This document shows positions 18,898 through 21,000 of a stretch of 21,000 bases of DNA, piece after piece. The notes beneath the pieces were generated by a model that saw nothing but the letters and a program-made list of their open reading frames with translations, made no database searches and was not told the DNA's origin. Both the position numbers and the translations under genes were made by a program. Numbering within the stretch: the stretch's first letter is position 1; every line of letters starts with the position of its first letter. The DNA is from Takakia lepidozioides (taxonomy: Eukaryota; Plantae; Bryophyta), in NCBI GenBank assembly GCA_030704615.1, contig JAKLZA010000283.1, forward strand, positions 1 through 21,000, in the 5' to 3' direction.

Positions 18898-21000
18898 CTT
18901 GTTCTGTCCGCCCTGGTCATATATGCTTGGCCTAGCGACAAGTGCTCCATACTCCGTTCGTAACACTGGTGCAGCCCGTGACTGCTCTTGCGTTTCAACA
19001 TGCAAATCATGCTGTAATGGTTTGTCATGGATACCACTGTATCCCTTCAACTTATTTGCATTGACTCTTCCCAGCATCTCTTTGTTAATGGTATGTAACA
19101 TGGTGGTGTTGTTATCATACATCTTTTGTATGACATAAGGTCCTTTCCAGGTGATTTAAGCTTAGAAGCTTAATCTTTCCTTTCTTCTACAACCATAGAA
19201 CCAAATCCCCCGTCTTAAAAGTCTTTAACTTGCCTTCATCAAACTGTTCCTTTCTCTTCATCTGAATTCTGGTCATATTATCAGCTGCATCAGCACGTAC
19301 TTCTTCCACATGGTATAATTCATGTTTCCTGACCTTAATGGAATCTTGCAATTCCATTCTCTTTCCCCACTCCGTTTTCATGGTAGGTAACAGGAATTCC
19401 ACTGGAAGTAAGGCTTCCATACCATAAACTAATTGGAATGGTGTATACTTAGTGGTGACTTTATATGAAGTCCTGTATGACCACAAAGCTGTCAGCAGCT
19501 TTGTATCCCAATCCGTTCTGTTTGCATTGACTATCTTAGCCAAGATAGTACATAGTATTTTGTTGGTAGCCTCTGCCTGCCCATTACCCTGTGGGTAATA
19601 TGTTGTACTCTTTCTATGCACAATCATGAACTATTTAGTCAACAACTCAATGGTCTCATTCATGAAGTGACTTCCCTGATCACTGATAAATTCTAAGGGA
19701 CAGCAAATCGTGTAAGTATGTTCTCATACAGGAACCTTGCTGTGGACTTGGCTGAGTTGTCCCTCAAAGCTTTAGCTTCCACCCACTTCGTAGTATAATC
19801 AGTGGCTGTAATTATGTACCTGTTCCGTATATTCTTGGCTGGTGGGTTAATCGGTCCAACAAAGTCTAGTCCCCATTTCTGAAATGGTTCCGTAGGCATT
19901 GTAGGATGCAAGGCCATCCTTCCAGATCTCTGCAAAGGTCCTAGCCTCTGACATTCATCACAACTCTGACAATACTCGTGTACATCTTTGAACAAAGTAG
20001 GCCACCAGTAACCTGCGAGTAGTATCTTCCTACTGGTAGTCTCTTCTCCAAAATGACCTCCAGCCACTCCTTTATGAACTTCCTCCAAAACTTTATTTAC
20101 TTCATGGTGGTACAAACATCGTTTTAGTACTCCATCAGGTCCTAGCTTATACATTCTGCTTCCTACCATAGTATAAGGTAAAGCTTTGATAGCGATTCTC
20201 TTCCTCTGCTCCTTACCATAACTAGGTGGGCACTGACCATGAGCAAGGTAGTATCTAATTGGCCACTGCCAATCTAACCAGTCATCTGCACTTCCCTGCA
20301 CCTCCACTGCAAATAGACTCGCATCTGGTAATTGATCATCTATTCCTGTGGCTGGTTCTCCTGTTGATAACCGTGACAAGTGATCTGCCACAAGATGCAG
20401 TCTCCCAGGCTTGTAAACAACCTCGAACTCAAACTCGTGCAAGATTATCAACCATCTTGCTATTCTTCCGCTTATCAGAGGTTTGTTTACCAGGTATATC
20501 AGAGCCTGGTGATCCACATAGAACATAAACTTCTTGCCCAACAGGTAATGCCTGAATTTCTTCACTGCATAGATCATTGCCAATGCTTCTCTTTCCGTTG
20601 TGCTATAGTTCCTTTCAGCACTGTTCATCAACCTGCTAGCATAGTACACAGGTGAATCTATATTTCCTGTAACATTCTGGGCTAACACCGCTCCCAACGC
20701 TTCTCCTGATGCATCGCAGTGAACATGAAATACTACATGCCAGTGAGGGTTGATTAGCACAGGTGTAGTTGTTACTGACAGGGTAAGTTCCTCAAACGCC
20801 TGCTGACATTCAGCTGTCCAGGCAAATACTGCATCTTTCTTCAGAAGCTCGCTCAATGGTGCTGCTATTTGTGCATACCTTTTGACAAATCTTCTGTAAT
20901 AACTGGTTTGCCCAAGGAATCTCCTTAGACTTTTAACATTCACTGGTGGTGGAGAGGCTTTAATGGACTCTGTCTTTCTGGGATCCACAAGAAGTCCCTT
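18775..21000 (-). pseudogene. pol: Gypsy pol, 3' portion: RT thumb/connection, RNase H, integrase (HHCC, DDE, GPY); disrupted
   Basis: [15 protein letters not shown] (RT); [13 protein letters not shown]...[11 protein letters not shown]...VDHQAL (RNase H); [11 protein letters not shown]...CDEC (Zn finger); WGLDF, ISDQG, GQAE (DDE); WKGPYVI (~19149-19129). Frameshift at ~19705 (RF[G]CP), in-frame TAG at 19633-19631, further disruption at ~19190-19150. Confidence 0.95.

Larger units (their letters stand above)
13496..21000 (-). mobile_element. Ty3/Gypsy LTR retrotransposon (non-chromovirus type with extra 3' ORF), 3' part, degenerate
   Basis: RT-RNase H-integrase order, GPY module, PPT and a TG...CA LTR. 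Candidate 5-bp TSD ATTCA at 13491-13495 (partner outside the window). Confidence 0.93.

Noticed and set aside
18775-19122. Chromodomain after the integrase
   Set aside because: The sequence after the GPY module runs into tandem repeats with no chromodomain aromatic-cage pattern.

Overview
Eukaryotic, plant-like DNA (short GT-AG introns, non-chromovirus Ty3/Gypsy element; probably a non-seed plant, which is an inference) made almost entirely of two mobile elements. (1) 1-~13095 is a large putative Mutator-like (MULE) DNA transposon that runs off the left edge. It carries a frameshifted minus-strand DDE transposase with a GCM/WRKY-like Zn domain. Divergent from it is an apparently intact 10-exon gene (~1390 aa) fusing a ParB/Srx-type domain (DGNHR) to a beta-class N6A/N4C DNA-methyltransferase fold (motif IV reads DIPD), followed by an orphan third ORF. 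The ParB-MTase gene is bracketed by two arrays of the palindrome GGAAATGCGGYRCCGCATTTCC, about 50 copies in all, including single copies in three of its introns. Copy spacings fall at or close to multiples of ~10.5 bp, with a strict 53-bp period in the main array. (2) 13496-21000 is the 3' part of a degenerate minus-strand Ty3/Gypsy element: end of RT, RNase H, integrase, a long extra ORF, PPT and a 795-bp 3' LTR. The most interesting candidate system is the transposon-borne ParB-methylase plus helically phased palindromic sites. All domain calls come from manual motif recognition; no searches were run.
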